Of a stretch of 64,000 nt of DNA, positions 1-13,289 are shown one piece after another. The notes beneath the pieces were generated by a model that was not told the origin of the DNA, searched no databases, and saw nothing but the letters and a program-made list of their open reading frames with translations. A program made the position numbers and the translations under genes. The stretch's first letter is position 1; every line of letters starts with the position of its first letter. Source of the stretch: Takakia lepidozioides (Eukaryota; Plantae; Bryophyta); contig CM060734.1 of assembly GCA_030704615.1 (NCBI GenBank), positions 6,634,001 through 6,698,000 on the forward strand, in the 5' to 3' direction.

Positions 1-654
1 AAAGATCATGGCAACACTGTTGGCGCTGTGATCATAGGGCAAGGCTGTTGTATAAAAGTAGAACCAAGAGCAGGAACAATTCAAAACTCCCCATCCATGT
101 CTTCTCTTCCGCTGCGGCGTGGATGAGGATTGCATGAACTCTGATCACGAACGAACTAAGGGAAACCCACAACCATGTGAAGATGGTTGGATCACTAGAA
201 CGTTCCTTCCTTTTGCTTTGACTTCAACTGGGGAGGAGTACAGATTAGAATCACCCAGAAGGGGATTCACGCCCCTTCTTTTCACACTACAATACATTGT
301 ATGCCAGTCAAGCTTCTTGAGAAGCCACAGAAGGTCAGAAAATAGCACGGCCAACGGTGGGAAGATGATTCGAATACCACTGGTTCTTTGGAGGGCAATT
401 TTGACATGGATGAGGATTATGAGAGACAAATGGAGGAGAAGAAACAATGGGGATCTCCTATGCCTAAGAAATTGCCACCATATCAACCCAAGACATGACA
501 GTCAGCTCCATCTAGTCGACAGTCATCCCCACCAGCCAAAGACACGGCTTGGGCTCATACACAGAGCCCTCAGAGGGACTCTCACCAACAAAAAGGTACT
601 CGTTCGCAGAGGTTTGCTGATCCTAAGCAGTAAACCATGAGGGCACGGCTTTTT

Positions 655-1669
655 GAGAGGGGGAGGGATAATGTTAGAGGGCTGTCTGGGACTTAGACAG
701 TTTTACAGATTCTGTGGGGTACCCTTAATTTTGCGCATGCTTAAGGGTAGTAGACTCAGACCAACACAAACCTTAGGGGTGACAGACACAGGCCTTAGGG
801 GTGGTAGACAGGCTCACACAGTCAGCAGTCACAAGCTTACACAGCCTATCACAGCCTGTCACAGTTAATCACAGCCTAACACAGTCTGACACAGCCAGTC
901 ACAGCCCGACACAGCTTGACACAGCCGACACAGCATACAGCCCGACACAGCTAGTCACAGTCTGACACAGTCACAGTCCGACACAACCAGTCACAGCCTG
1001 GCACAATCACAGCCCGACACAACTTGGCATAGCCTATCACAGCGTCACACAAGTCACAGCTTGATATAGGGAGCGGTTATCACAGGGAACAACAATACTT
1101 ATGTATTGTCTTGGCTGGCAGTTAGTTAGTTAGGCGGTTAGAACAGCTTGCAGATACATTATGCAGAGTTGCTACATGGAGGGAATCACTTCTTGGATCA
1201 CTTCGGGTATCAGGGGAAGAAGCACGATCTTGAGCACATGGATGGAGAGCACAGTGGAGGAGGAGAGACGATTTGTTGATGCTTGATACATGCAAGCTAT
1301 AGAGATGCACTATAGAAGAGAATAGAGACACCATGGCTTTGGCTTGATACTCTATAGATATTAATATGATTCCTATTTCATATTCACACTGTGTAGAGAG
1401 ACCTAAGTGAAGCTGTGGAATGAATGCTTAAGTAGATGGAACATGGTAGATTGCAGAAGCAATCTGATACTTAAACCTAGGCAGTAAGGTAACTTACTAA
1501 ACATGAATGCAAGAAGGAACCGATATAGGAAAGCATCCCCATGATACACTAGCTGTAGGTCATGACTGATTGTTTTGAGCGGGATGAGTACTTAGAGATA
1601 TCCAACTCTTCTATCTTGGAGTTTCCACCTCGGATAGCGAAGGGATGGGTGAGTAAAAGCCGCTCAACA
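655..1669 (+). mobile_element. 3' end of an LTR retrotransposon: polypurine tract (655-670) and probable 3' LTR (672-~1669)
   Basis: GAGAGGGGGAGGGATA is followed after one base by TGTTAG at 672. A candidate ...CAACA end at 1669 gives TGTT/AACA termini and coincides with a switch to C-rich sequence. The right boundary is uncertain. Confidence 0.55.
812..1062 (+). repeat. Degenerate ~10-15 bp tandem repeat built on (T/A)CACAG(C/T), inside the putative LTR
   Basis: Many consecutive cacagcc/cacagtc/gacacagc units. Confidence 0.85.
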
Positions 1670-2956
1670 CGCTGCCATGGATTGTGTCCCGGCTCATTGT
1701 GTTACTTTGCTGCTTCTCCATCGCATGGATCTCAAGCTCAATCATGCCCTATACTGGCTCTTTCTTGCGCTCCATTTGAGCTTTACAGCAAGTGATTCCA
1801 AGATCTACTTCGCCTCCCAGCTCACTCAAGGATCTAACTACCCGGACTACCTAACTGATTACGAGCATCTCAACAACCGTGGCCCGTATGGATACTTCCT
1901 AGCGCTATCAGCCCCACTGGAGCTCTATCTACAAAACGGATCACCATCAACAATCGGGAGTTTGTCATCCACCCCCCAGTGTTGGAGGGAGCTATGTGCT
2001 CTATCCCTTTCCCACCATTGGCCAGACCTTGGCCAGTTGACACCCTGCAGGCAGCCAGTCCGCAACAATAGTCGCCATATCAGAACGGCATGTCAGCAAG
2101 TCTGCAGGGTCCCCCAGGCCCACCGCCAAGACTACCCCGACACACTCTTAAGGTTCGTTGAGTACTTGCCCCAGATTCGTTCACCCCCCCCCCCCCCCCC
2201 CCCCCCGGCACTCATCCTCTCTTTTGCATGACATCTTTACTGTCTTTTTACTGCCCCCCAACTTACCTCTGCTGGACAATTCCTGCACAACCCAAGGCCA
2301 TCTGGTTCCTATCCCCCTGCCCCCTCTCTCTGTGATGCAGATCATAGCCCCTTTACCAAACCAGTTGTGTAGCTGTTGGCCGCCCAACAGGCTGTGGCAC
2401 CAATTTAACAACGACCTCTGCCCCACATTACTTGCTCCATCCATCAATCAACCCAGGTACAAGCACGAAAGTGATTACAACCCCCAACTATTTTGGTACT
2501 TCCCCCACCGCTCTCCCCCCCCCCAGTGTTTGGAGCTACCCCCCCCACTCTCCCTACTATCTGGCCCTTCATGCTGTACTCTATTACTGCTGCCCACATT
2601 CTACTCCACTCGGAGTATGGCCTCCCCTATCCCCTTAGTCCTCAATTATTTGCTTGTTATCTACTATCTCCATTAATGTTAACTCTCACACCCCCCTGCT
2701 GCTCCATTTACCAGTACCTTGTCCCTCATGCTCACGCTATGACCCCCCATGTGATTTCATTGTACTGATCAGCATTACCATCTCACAGTTATTATCTCTC
2801 CCCTCCTGCGCAGGTGTCACCCCTCACTCGGGCTGGTCCTAGTATGCATGCTCGCTGTTTAACCCAGCTATCTGCTCAAGATATCTGCCTGCCTACAACG
2901 CTGCAACTTCCCCAATGTTCACTGGATCACCCTGCCAACTACAACTCTGCAGCTAC

Positions 2957-4449
2957 TGTAAGGGGAAAACAAGTGCCAATAAAACCCTAGGGGTTTATCA
3001 AATGGATGATAAGCAGACGGGAGTAGGATGAAGTTAACATGAGTGGATGTGGCCAGCAGTGATGAATGTGCCAAGGGCATGTGCGGATGAAGGGAATAGG
3101 GAAGTGGATGATGTTAACTAGCACTTATCCACGTTATTACGACAACGGATGGACGGATTATGAACAGTCAGCATCAGAAGTAGTTCGTCGATGGAGGCAA
3201 GCATGCGTGCTTTCACTAAGGAGGGAAAACGAGACTACGGATGAATGAACGACGGAGCAAGATGAGGGTCGAGGAGATGGCGACATGACATGCAGAGCGT
3301 TGATGCTATACGGATCGGTGGCTGAGGGGGCGCCGCCCTGAATCGACAGGGTACATGACTAAGCAGATCCTGATAAATACGTTTTGAGCTTAAGGATAAT
3401 ATCAAGACCTCATTAGACGCCACTTGGCCATGTATTAAACATGCAGGGCAAAGGTATGCCCAGGGCGGGTAATGTGTTTAGTATTAGAATAATCAGTTGA
3501 GCGGTGATCAAAGTAGAATGGCACCAGGTAAGGGGCTAATCTAAGAGTTTTGGAAAGAGTACAAGGCAAGTGAACAGAAGGAAAGACAAGCAATCATTAT
3601 GAACGAGACAAGGAAAGATGGTAGACTAAGAGGGGGAGAGAGAGAGGATGCCCAAGGAAGGGCAGTTTGGTGATGATGGACGTTGATAGCAGAGATCAGG
3701 AAGGAGATTAGTGTTGTACTTCAGTGGTGTAGTAATACATATGTAAACTTGGATTCACCTTTAGTGATAGGAGGATTGAGCGTCATGTGGGGTGTCGTTC
3801 TGGAGATATAAAGAGGGATCTTGACTTATCAAGATGCAGGCTCGCTGCTCCCACTGGTAGCACCAACTGATTGCATTAGTGAGTGAACGGAGAGGAACAC
3901 GTAAATGCACCCACAGTATGCATGCTAGGGATGGCGGTATCGAGAGAGCCATCACGGGATAGCCACACTGGCACGACAGAAGGGAAGTGATGAGTGATCG
4001 TGACTTAGGAGAGAATACACAGCCGGAGGGCCATATCCATACCATCGAGTGCTTAGCACGAACATAAGCAGATGACGAGTTGCCACAGTTTAGTGAGTTG
4101 AGCATGGCAGTGTGCTGACGTGTCAGGTGCTAATGGGATCATCCGAACCCTAAGTGGCTGTGCATACGAACGGACTGATGGAGGGCTGCAGGCGCCCCGG
4201 GCCGCGCCACCCCACGGGGTCACGATATCTGGTCTGAACGGCGGTCACGGGCTGATGAGAAGAGAAACGAACGAACCATAGAGATAGCAAGAACTAATTT
4301 ACCAGGTCCAGTCTAGGTGTCATGATGTTTTCCTGCTTCCGTTGCGGCTCATGTAGCATCGAAACTGGACTGATGGGTTGTCCGATCAAGAGGAAGTGTT
4401 AGATCTATCCCGGTGGGTGAAGAAACAAGGCCCCCGTTTTTACTTTACA
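2957..4449. mobile_element. Solo LTR (~1.5 kb) with 4-bp target-site duplication CTAC
   Basis: Starts TGTAA (2957) and ends TTACA (4449). CTAC lies at 2953-2956 and 4450-4453. It is a purine-rich block inside C-rich flanks with no recognisable coding domain. Confidence 0.75.
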
Positions 4450-6311
4450 CTACATTCAATCACTCCACCCAGTTGCTGTCCAACATCCTATACATTGCCC
4501 CTCTACTAGTTACCCTCATGCAGTATGCAGTTGCTATGTCAATGATTCTACAACTCGACACTATGCTGATAGTCCATTACCCTGTGAGCGCCCTTAATTA
4601 TTCAGGCTCTCATATCTGTGTTCCTACTCTCACACCCCCCCACTCCTCACTCCCCCCCTATTTTTTGTAATACCACCTTGGTACTTTTCCACAGGCCCAC
4701 GAGCCTTACTCTATCACAAAGATGCCATGGCCATTTCAAATATCAACATGCCACTTTATTATTCCAATCCTCCACTCGTCCATCCACTCCACTTTGTCAC
4801 CCTCACATACGCAACTCATTGCATCTTCATTTCCAACACCAGTTCACCCTAAATTTTCCATCCCAACCCCGCTAGTCGCTCATCCAGTACTGGTGCCCAC
4901 TGGCAAGGGATCCTGATGCACTAACTCCCCCCTTGGCTATCCACTTAACCACAATCCCACTCCTGCATTATCAGTCCTCAGACCCGCCAGCCCTTATCAA
5001 TCTCAACCACACCCTTCTCACCCTCAAAGCTATGCTCCGACAGCATTCCACAAGATTCCATCTAACTCACCACACCCAGATGCCCAATACTGGTCCCACA
5101 CCCACCACCCCTCCCCCTCTAAACATAATTCCCAATCTATGCATCCCATCACTTGCTCACAAATTTGGCCTCCCCTTGACACAAACAATGTACCAATTAC
5201 CAGGGCCCACTGTCCAGCCTTTCCCCACCCCTGACTGCTCCTTATACCCACCACTTCATACCCGCCCAAATGCTCTCCACATATATCTACCCACATGTGC
5301 TCCTCACTCACACCCCCTCTAGCACCCCTCCTATCTAGCCCACTCCTCTCTCACCACACTCAGCCCCCCCACCCACTATACCACATTCACTAAATGTAGG
5401 CATGCCACTCACTGTAACACTCACTGCAATCACCTCCAGCCGTCGCTACATTCACCCCCATAATCATCTTGCGCCCATAGCCTTGAACACTTACACCTCT
5501 ACAATGCCAACACCCTCACTATGTCACTGCGGCAGCCTCATTACTCATACAATCCACCCCTGCGACCACTTGCTCGGTTGTTGGGCCACTCGTATCCTCA
5601 ACAGACACGAATATTCGCTGCTCAGACCTATATCGCCCCCATCAGTGCAGGCCGCTTCCCTTCCTGCGCATGCCAACCCCCACCCTCATTATGCTTACCA
5701 TCGCGATTATATCTACAAGCTTGTAGGCTGCCCCCTTAGCTCACAAAGCATCTTGGTAATTACAGCCACTTCAATACCAGCTCAAGCTGCACCACAACCT
5801 GTACTATTATGGCCGCCCCCATCGCGCTCACCATATCCCACAGCCCTCCACCTCATGCCGTCGCTATTCAATCCCAATTACTACGCTCAGGCAACCTGCC
5901 TTTCCGCTTCCCTTTGCTCGCATACCCGCCTTGCCTTGGCCCAAGCCACCAGCTCTTGCCCACCTATATATTCTCCTCACCTCTCCTCCCTCCTCCACCC
6001 CAGGGCAATCTTCATACTCTCCTCCAAGCATACTTCTGATTACTGTCTTACCCCTCGATTACCTATACTCACTCTCTCCTCATCTACAATCTCCCTGCAG
6101 TATATACTCTGATTGCGCTAGAGCTCCTCCATCTCTCTCTACCTCTATCTTACTGCACGACCCCCTCCCTTGCGAACTTGCACCTCCCCCATCCCCACTC
6201 ATGTATTCTCTCCTACTGTCTGCTCCTCCCCTCAAATCCCGACCAAAAAACAAAGCTAGCAAACTGCCCATCCGTCCTGTCCCCTCCCCCTCTCACCTCC
6301 CTGCAGCAGAT

Positions 6312-7721
6312 ATGGAGCTCGAATTTCATGATGCCCGCAGTATTATCGACCCCCCTACACTGAGCCTTCCCAATTCGCTGGTGCCCTCAACGAGCGTGCT
6401 CCCAGCCCCCGATCACGACTAGAAGATGATGGACCACGATGTCACGACACCCCCGCCCCAAAGTCAAGACCAGTTCAGTAATGGCCCGGGCTCCTCCAAC
6501 CACAAGGCCAAAAGAACCAGTGAGGCTAACAGTACCGTCGGTCCGGCTCCATCTGAATCTAAGAAGTTGCGCAATCACCTGCAAGATACCTAAGAGCTAC
6601 TGAACCAAGAAATCAGCAGCGAAAAGAAAGCCCTCCACCGTTGGTATGGCTTCCAAAATATGGAGATCTACGCTTATGAAAACAACAGGCCTATTATTAC
6701 TGAGCACCGAACTATGGAGGAGCTCCTGCTGCTGGGCATCCCTCCCAGAGAATGTGACAAATTGTTACACTGCAAGAAATCCTTCCCACGGGTGCCGCAG
6801 AGGCTCTATCCTGGCACCCGCCCCGATGGCCAAAGTGGTCAGTTTCTGCATCTCACACAACTGCCAAGCGGCACCACGGTCGATCCTACCACAGGGCTAC
6901 CAGCCCACCCCTATCATGTGATGATAAGATTCGACACCGAGGCTGAGCTCCCATGATCGCTCGTTCTCACCCGGGCAACTCAACGCTTCTCGGACATGGA
7001 CATAAAGCTGGGTAATGTCCTCTACTCCCCTATTTCTGTCTATTCCAAGCCCGGCGCCACACAGATTTGGTCTGGGCTTCTAAAGATCGAACTGATGCAT
7101 CCCGAAACAGACGGTTTGGCCCTGCTCCGAGGCGACAGAGCCTTTGTTCTGGAAACAGAACCTGGAGTCAAACTACAAGGAAAAGTAGAGAAGTCATGTG
7201 ATCTCAATGCATCCTCAGACAGGCTGTCACTGTACTTTACTGACGATACTCTACAAGGCACAGTTCTCAGTTGGCTATGCACTTCATAACCGAGACCTTT
7301 GACCACGGTGATAATTTTGAGATCCTCCACGTGATCAAAGCCCAATCCCAACTCATCTTTTGGCTTCGTCAATCTGGCAACGGAAGACACCCGGACCAGA
7401 ATTATGGAGCTAGGGATTCGCATTGATAATGTGCTCATCAAGCCACGCATCAGGAGGATCAAAAAGCAAGGCAAAGCGGGAACCCGTGGAGCCAATGCAG
7501 ATACCATCGCCGAGCGTAATGCACTCACCATGGTGGCGAAAGCAATGTTGCAAAAATGAGTGTGAGTGATGTTACCAGGCCGAAAAGATTGTGGAGCTCG
7601 GCAAGAATGGATTGCTGCAGGTGTAGCGTGCTTAGATTCTTCTCGGAGACTTCCAAGCATTTGGGCATGCTTCATATTACATGTAAGAACCCTACAATCT
7701 ACACTAACTGGTGTAGCAAGC
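6312..7721 (+). pseudogene. Degenerate ORF with RRM-like segments (possibly LINE ORF1-like), interrupted by element A and resuming at 41834-41904
   Basis: Chained ORF fragments 6660-6956, 6996-7289 and onward, with stops and frameshifts. An RNP1-like FGFVNL segment is present. The frame ...IYTNWCSK continues as PDFELHGKLITITPH across the TSD. Confidence 0.4.
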
Positions 7722-7931
7722 GGGGGCTGCTATTTCATGAGCGGCATGAGCATGAGCGGGAAAAAAAAAAGCATGAGGGGGCCATTGTCTGTCCACGGAA
7801 ATAGGGTTAGGAGGCACGGAAATAGGGTCATGTGGACTCGTCATAGCCATGAAATGCAACATTTTATTGCAAATTTTGTGGCAAGCCACGTCTATACAAG
7901 TGTGTCCTAACTGTCATAGCAGGAATGGGAA

Positions 7932-10288
7932 CTACTCTCCTACACCTTCCGAGGAACTTGGCCCTCCTTCTTCCTCATCCCCCTCATCCCCCCCATCCTT
8001 CGAGCTCTGTGATGCATCAGTTGCAGTATGCCTCTCAAAAATGCCGTCCTCTCCTTGGGGGACTGTCCACCTCACCTCCTGGGAATCTTCTGCCTCTTCT
8101 CCCCCACTTTCCTTAGCAGAATGCAAGACAAATCTACGAGCCTGACGGGCTCTAATAGCTGTTGCCTCCTCCCTCATCTTCATTTTCTTGAGGCTTGCCT
8201 CGTCTAAAATCTGCTATACACGACTAGGTTCGGAACACCTCCTAATGGACACCGAAGCAAGCCGGGCAGCATAAGTAGGAAGGATGTAGTCCATTTCTGG
8301 ACTAGGCATGAAATCCCCCCTGGCAAAAAAAGGCATATTCCTCCTGACCATGAACTTCGGTGTAGACGTCCCTCCTGCCGTACTTGGCATCCTACAGTAA
8401 GAACAAATCCACTTCAAGAATGTCAATACCAGCAGAAGCAGAAAGGGTTTTCAATGAAATAAGAGAGCGAAGGGAGGTGCCTCACGAAATCTAGAGGCAA
8501 CTTACAATGCGACCACTCACTCGTACACCGGGGGCTCCTCGGCCTCGATCCCAACTTGTTCCTCCCCCTGCTCCTTCTCGGATTTTTCCTCATCCTCCGA
8601 GGATGTCTCTTCCTCTTTTGGCAGACGTTCAGCCGCTGCAAGTTCCGAGTTGTGGAGGGCAGTATCTGGCTCGAAGGTGAACACATGCCTGTCGGACAAC
8701 GTCCCTGCCCACATTGAAGCACCTGAGGAACAAAGCGGGCGGTTAATAGCTTGCGACATGCAATTGCAATCGGGCCAGGGGACAAACTGAGCACGTGAAG
8801 GCTTACCCGTGCCGCATGTGAGGTCCAGAATCCGCCCTTGGACATCCGAGCACGTCTCCATGAGGGTTTGGATGAAAGCAGGGCTCCGGGTCCGGCTATA
8901 CCGCCACGGTTTGCCTGTCTTTGTGTCCTTCGGCATACTGGAGTGGGGCACATAGTTGTAGAGGACATCGTAGGTAACAGGGTCCACAACGGCATCAACA
9001 AGACGACCGTCGTTGCGGAATTTGAACGTAGACCCTCTCTTCACAAAGCAATATGCCTCAAACACCAATGTCTGCACATCCAACAAAAGAGGGATCAACT
9101 CCGGGATCTAGTTTAGATACACCACAATATGAGGTGAATGCAATAGATTGATAACTTACACTTTGGCCCTCTGTTCGCAACCCCTGTGTATTGATGTAGA
9201 ACCATTTTCTGAGGAGGACCGGGGTGACACTTTTCGGTGTCCATCTTGCCACCGCATTCTCTGTGGTCTTCCCTCTTGTGGCAAGGACAACCACACATCC
9301 ACCGTCATCCAGGAGCATCCCCGCCAGCCCAAACCCGCCTTTCCAGTAGTCCTCAGTAAACCTGTTCCAGGTGGGCACACCATCCAGGCCCTCCAGCAGC
9401 TCCCCATCTGGAATGTCGAGGAGAATCATATCGCAAGCTCTCTCCACCTCAACCCCCCCCCCCCGAGTGCTCTTGCAATCCATGCTCACAGCCGTGAAGA
9501 ATTCCATCATGGCTTCAAAACCAGGGGTGTCTTTAGGCTCTGTACCTGCAGCCCTCTTCTTGGCTTTCCCCTTCTGCTCCGCCAGAGACTTGCTGTGTGC
9601 CACCTTCTTCGCCCTGGCAGCGAGAGCGTCAAGGAAGCTCTCATTGACGCATTGGATGATGGTTGGAGGTTCTAGCTTTGGCCTGTGTGTAAACGTCACC
9701 GCCGAATACTGCCGTGTAGGCTCGCCCTTAAATGCCAACTTCTTGGCAGAGCCAGTCCCACTCCGAACTGACTTGGGAACCCGGACGACCGGTGACTTGG
9801 TAGCAGCAACAGCAGTCGCAGGACCTTGAACAAAGTCGTCGTCCGAGTCACTCCCTTGGGTCCCCTCCTGCGCCTCCTCCGATGCCCCGATGGTTTTCTG
9901 TTTTTTGGGTGTTACTGTACTCACCTGTTTCCTTGTCCTTTTCCTTTGGCCTTTATTCTTCTCATTCAATTTCTCCTGAATTCCTGCCTGAGCAAGCTCT
10001 GCCGCTTTCCTGGAGTTCGCAAGCGCTTTTGCCTCTTTTGCACCCAGCGGAGGCAGCGGAGCCCGGTTTCGTCGGGCCTCAGCATCCAGCTTCAATTGAA
10101 ACTCGGATGGGTCGAGCGAGCCGGGCGGAAGGTCCACATACCAAGGGCAATCACGCAAATGTTCCAGATGCCACTCCTTCACAATATCGTCAGTGTACAT
10201 GGAGTCAGCCCTAGGGTTCCTCCATGCCAGGAAGAATGGTGGCTCGAAAGACAGATGACCTTTCTCCAAAAGGGAGAACTTGCAGTAC
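7932..10288 (-). pseudogene. Element A cargo gene, 3' exons: beta-class N4C/N6A DNA methyltransferase-like domain
   Basis: Motifs in beta order: CDMILLDIPDG (motif IV position), GMLLDDGGCVVVL, AYCFVK, YSRTRSPAFIQTLMETCSDVQGRILDLTCGTG (motif I), then ASMWAGTLSDRHVFTFEPD. GT-AG introns (e.g. ~8724-8805) match those of the B copy. In-frame stop at 8214. Confidence 0.75.
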
Positions 10289-10309
10289 CTGCATTCATGA
10301 AAAACACAA

Positions 10310-10763
10310 TGAGGTCCCTGAACTGCAAATTCGGCACCATTTTCCCAGGTTGGGGCGGATCTGACTGGGCCTAGAAATGGAAAAATGACGCCGAATTTTG
10401 GTTTTCGGTGACTGCCACCCTAGGGACTTAGCCATCTTGGGAGCCCGGAACTGGAAATTTGGCGCCATTTTTCCCGGTTTGGCCCGAAAATGGCTAAGTT
10501 CCAAAACTGCCAGGGCCTAAAACTCGAAAAATGGCGCCGAATTTCGGTTTTTTGTGCCAGCCACCCTAGGGACTTAGCCATTTTCGGAGCCCTGAACTGG
10601 AAATTCGGCGCCATTTTCCCTGGTCCGGCCTGAAAATGGCTAAGTCCCAGAACGGTAATAGGGCCTAGAACTGGAAAAATGGCGCCGAATTTCCAGTTCA
10701 GGGCCAGCCACCCTAGGGACTTAGCCATTTTCGGAGCCCTGAACTGGAAATTCGGCGCCATTT
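10310..10763. repeat. A-type palindrome satellite in an intron of the A cargo gene
   Basis: Repeated CCACCCTAGGGACTTAGCCAT..GAACTGGAAATTCGGCGCCATTTT alternating with AAAATGGCGCCGAATTT. Confidence 0.85.
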
Positions 10764-11187
10764 AGCCATGAGCAGAGTCGTAAGTGTAAAAAAAAACATG
10801 AGCAAGACTATTTTCCGGAAATGAGTGTCCGCGGGAATAGGGTTTAGGGTGTCACGGTCATAGGGGGAGAAGGACCTCCCGATGAAGGAGGTTCGGCAAT
10901 GTTTTGTAGAATTACATGTTGAAAGGCAATGTTTCGCGAATGGTAGGGTGCTACTGCTCTGGACAATGGGGGCCCATTTCAGCCTACCAGCCACTTGCAA
11001 AATCCACCCACACTCCCAATCGCAAACGAAATGAGGAATGATGCACTCTGGGAACGATGGATACAGAATAGAACAAAAAGATCAGACACAATGGGGTTTT
11101 TATTGATCCACATGAATTGCATATGAAGCACGTCTACTGTGCTGATTGTGCAAACAAATCTTTAGCCCTGTGCCTTATGAATACAAG

Positions 11188-11901
11188 TCACGTTGTCAAT
11201 GGGACTTCGACTGCTCTGAGAACAAGCTCATGAGTCATCGGGCTCCTCCAGGTAAACTGGATTGCAGCCATTGTACCGCCCCTGTTGATATTCACCACAA
11301 TGTCCTGCCCTTCAATCATACCACCATCGAATATGGAAAGCTTCACGTTTTCGTCGTCCACACCAATGCGAATGTCCCCATACAATGGAGAAGATGAGCG
11401 CACTCCTTCAGGAGTATAAGTCTCTCTGATGGAGTCCACCCACGTCCACTGGCAGCAGTTCCACCGCAACAGCATAGCAGTGCGCATTCTTCTGCCTGGG
11501 TGCCCGTCGTAGCTGGGAAAATCGGAATCAAGGATGCGCAGGAGCCACGGACTCCTCAGACCAAGATCGTCACCCCGCTCGAAGGCGTACTGGCCTGGGA
11601 GATACTCAAAAGCGGACAATGTTTCCACATTCGAACCAGTATCTTCTGTGTAATCTGTGTACCAGATAACGATGTCTCCCGATGTGGCCGAATACATTGC
11701 ATAATCGATGCCTCCATAAGGGCAGTCATCCCAGTTCCGGAAGCACGGTATCCTTGCAAAGGAGGACCTGAGGACGTCTTTGATGCCGATGACAATGACC
11801 TTGCGGACAGCAACGAAGCCCTTAGATTTTCGAAATGATGAGAAGCGGAAGAGCAGTGCGGGCTCCAATAATGGAGCATCTGGGTCACAAGTACCCACCA
11901 A
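11188..11901 (-). CDS. Unknown ~200-240 aa cargo protein of element B (paralog 1)
   Basis: Open ORF colinear with 12278-12886 (IPC.RN..DCPY.G.DYAM, SGDI..W, RWNCCQWT, YGDIR, DGGMI.G.DIVV, ELVLRA.EVP). Start codon uncertain. Confidence 0.7.
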   Translation of the reverse strand: MVGTCDPDAPLLEPALLFRFSSFRKSKGFVAVRKVIVIGIKDVLRSSFARIPCFRNWDDCPYGGIDYAMYSATSGDIVIWYTDYTEDTGSNVETLSAFEYLPGQYAFERGDDLGLRSPWLLRILDSDFPSYDGHPGRRMRTAMLLRWNCCQWTWVDSIRETYTPEGVRSSSPLYGDIRIGVDDENVKLSIFDGGMIEGQDIVVNINRGGTMAAIQFTWRSPMTHELVLRAVEVPLTT

Positions 11902-12277
11902 TCATCGTGTAACGTGTTCATCACGCCAGCAGTGGATGAACCGATACGTCTTTCTCATCCAGGGGGTATAGTTTGAAATCTGCCACCGAAGTCCATCCCC
12001 CGGATGGAAATTTGGCGCCGCATTTACATTGAAGGGGGGATGGACTTTGTCGTCTCGAGTTGCTATAGGCCCACCTGGCACTTACTGCCCATAGTTTGCA
12101 TGGCAGGGAAGGAAACTGAAACGGCTACATTCATGGATGAGCCAATCTTCATCCGTGCAGGTTCTTGTCGGTGGGAAATTTAAATGTGCCCTGGAGTGTT
12201 TGTGAGGAATTGCAGCGTTTGCTTGAATTTCTTCCAGCCACCGCGCTGCTGCCTCCTCCATCCGGGAGCTGCTGTCA

Positions 12278-12886
12278 TTGAGCGTACTTCGCTACTCTTT
12301 TTCAGGGATACCGTGCCGCCGAAATCCTGCTGACTGCCCTTATCATGGCCACGATTATGCTATGTTCAAACCAGAATCAGGAGACATCATTGTCTGGCTC
12401 TCTGTTTTCACAGACGCTTCTGGAATCAAGCGGGAGTCTTTGCGCGCAATGGAGTATCTGGAGGGCTATTACCGCTTTGAGCGAGGTGAGGGCGAGGGTC
12501 AATGCGGTCCTTGGGTCCTGAAAATTGTTGACCTCGATATACCAAGGTGGAATGGGATGCCGGACAGATCACGCACGGCCTCACTTTGGCGCTGGAACTG
12601 CTGCCAGTGGACCAGGGAGGACGGCACCGGGGAAAACTATATTCGTGGAGTTCACTCCGCTTTTCCAGTGTATGGAGACATTCGGCTGAGTTGCGAAGAC
12701 GAATCGCACGGGCACAGGAGGCCCACAGTGACCTTGTCAATGTATGATGGTGGTATGATTGATGGGCATGACATTGTCGTCAGCTCCACCAAGGGCACTA
12801 GATCGACCGCATTGCAGTTTACCTCGAGGTGCCGCATCAGTAATGAGCTTGTTTTGAGGGCTATCGAAGTTCCGTCGACTTGGTGA
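12278..12886 (+). CDS. Unknown ~200 aa cargo protein of element B (paralog 2)
   Basis: Open ORF, divergently oriented paralog of 11188-11901. The true start may lie upstream (ATG ~12100). Confidence 0.7.
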   Translation: MSVLRYSFSGIPCRRNPADCPYHGHDYAMFKPESGDIIVWLSVFTDASGIKRESLRAMEYLEGYYRFERGEGEGQCGPWVLKIVDLDIPRWNGMPDRSRTASLWRWNCCQWTREDGTGENYIRGVHSAFPVYGDIRLSCEDESHGHRRPTVTLSMYDGGMIDGHDIVVSSTKGTRSTALQFTSRCRISNELVLRAIEVPSTW

Positions 12887-13289
12887 CGCCCATGTAGAAG
12901 GAGGAAGGGCTTAGATTTGTCTGGAGTTGCTAAATGTGAGACACCATGTTCGATCAATAAAACAACCCATCGTACCTCACTTCTGTGTGCTTGTGTTTCA
13001 TCGTGTTCAAGAACTGCCGTAATTGGCCCACTGTTTACAATTTGAGGTCTCATTTGTACAATGTGTCTGTCCATATGACTATACCAGAGTCAGCGATATC
13101 AGAGTCTTGAGGTGAAGAAAATCCATGTATGAGTTGTAGGAAACATGTACACGCCGAAGCTCGGAAATTCGGCACCGCAATTCATTTTTCTCCATGCAGC
13201 GATTTCTGGCAGCTCCCTTTCCTCCGTTGTCGTCGTAACGGAAATGTTGTACATCATTTCATTTCCTGACATGGCATTACCATACTTCG

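Noticed and set aside
1677-6300. Pro/Leu/Ser/His-rich ORFs (1677-2231, 2158-2676, 5402-6112) and the C23 run at 2184-2206
   Set aside because: Explained by strong C-rich strand bias; no recognisable motifs.
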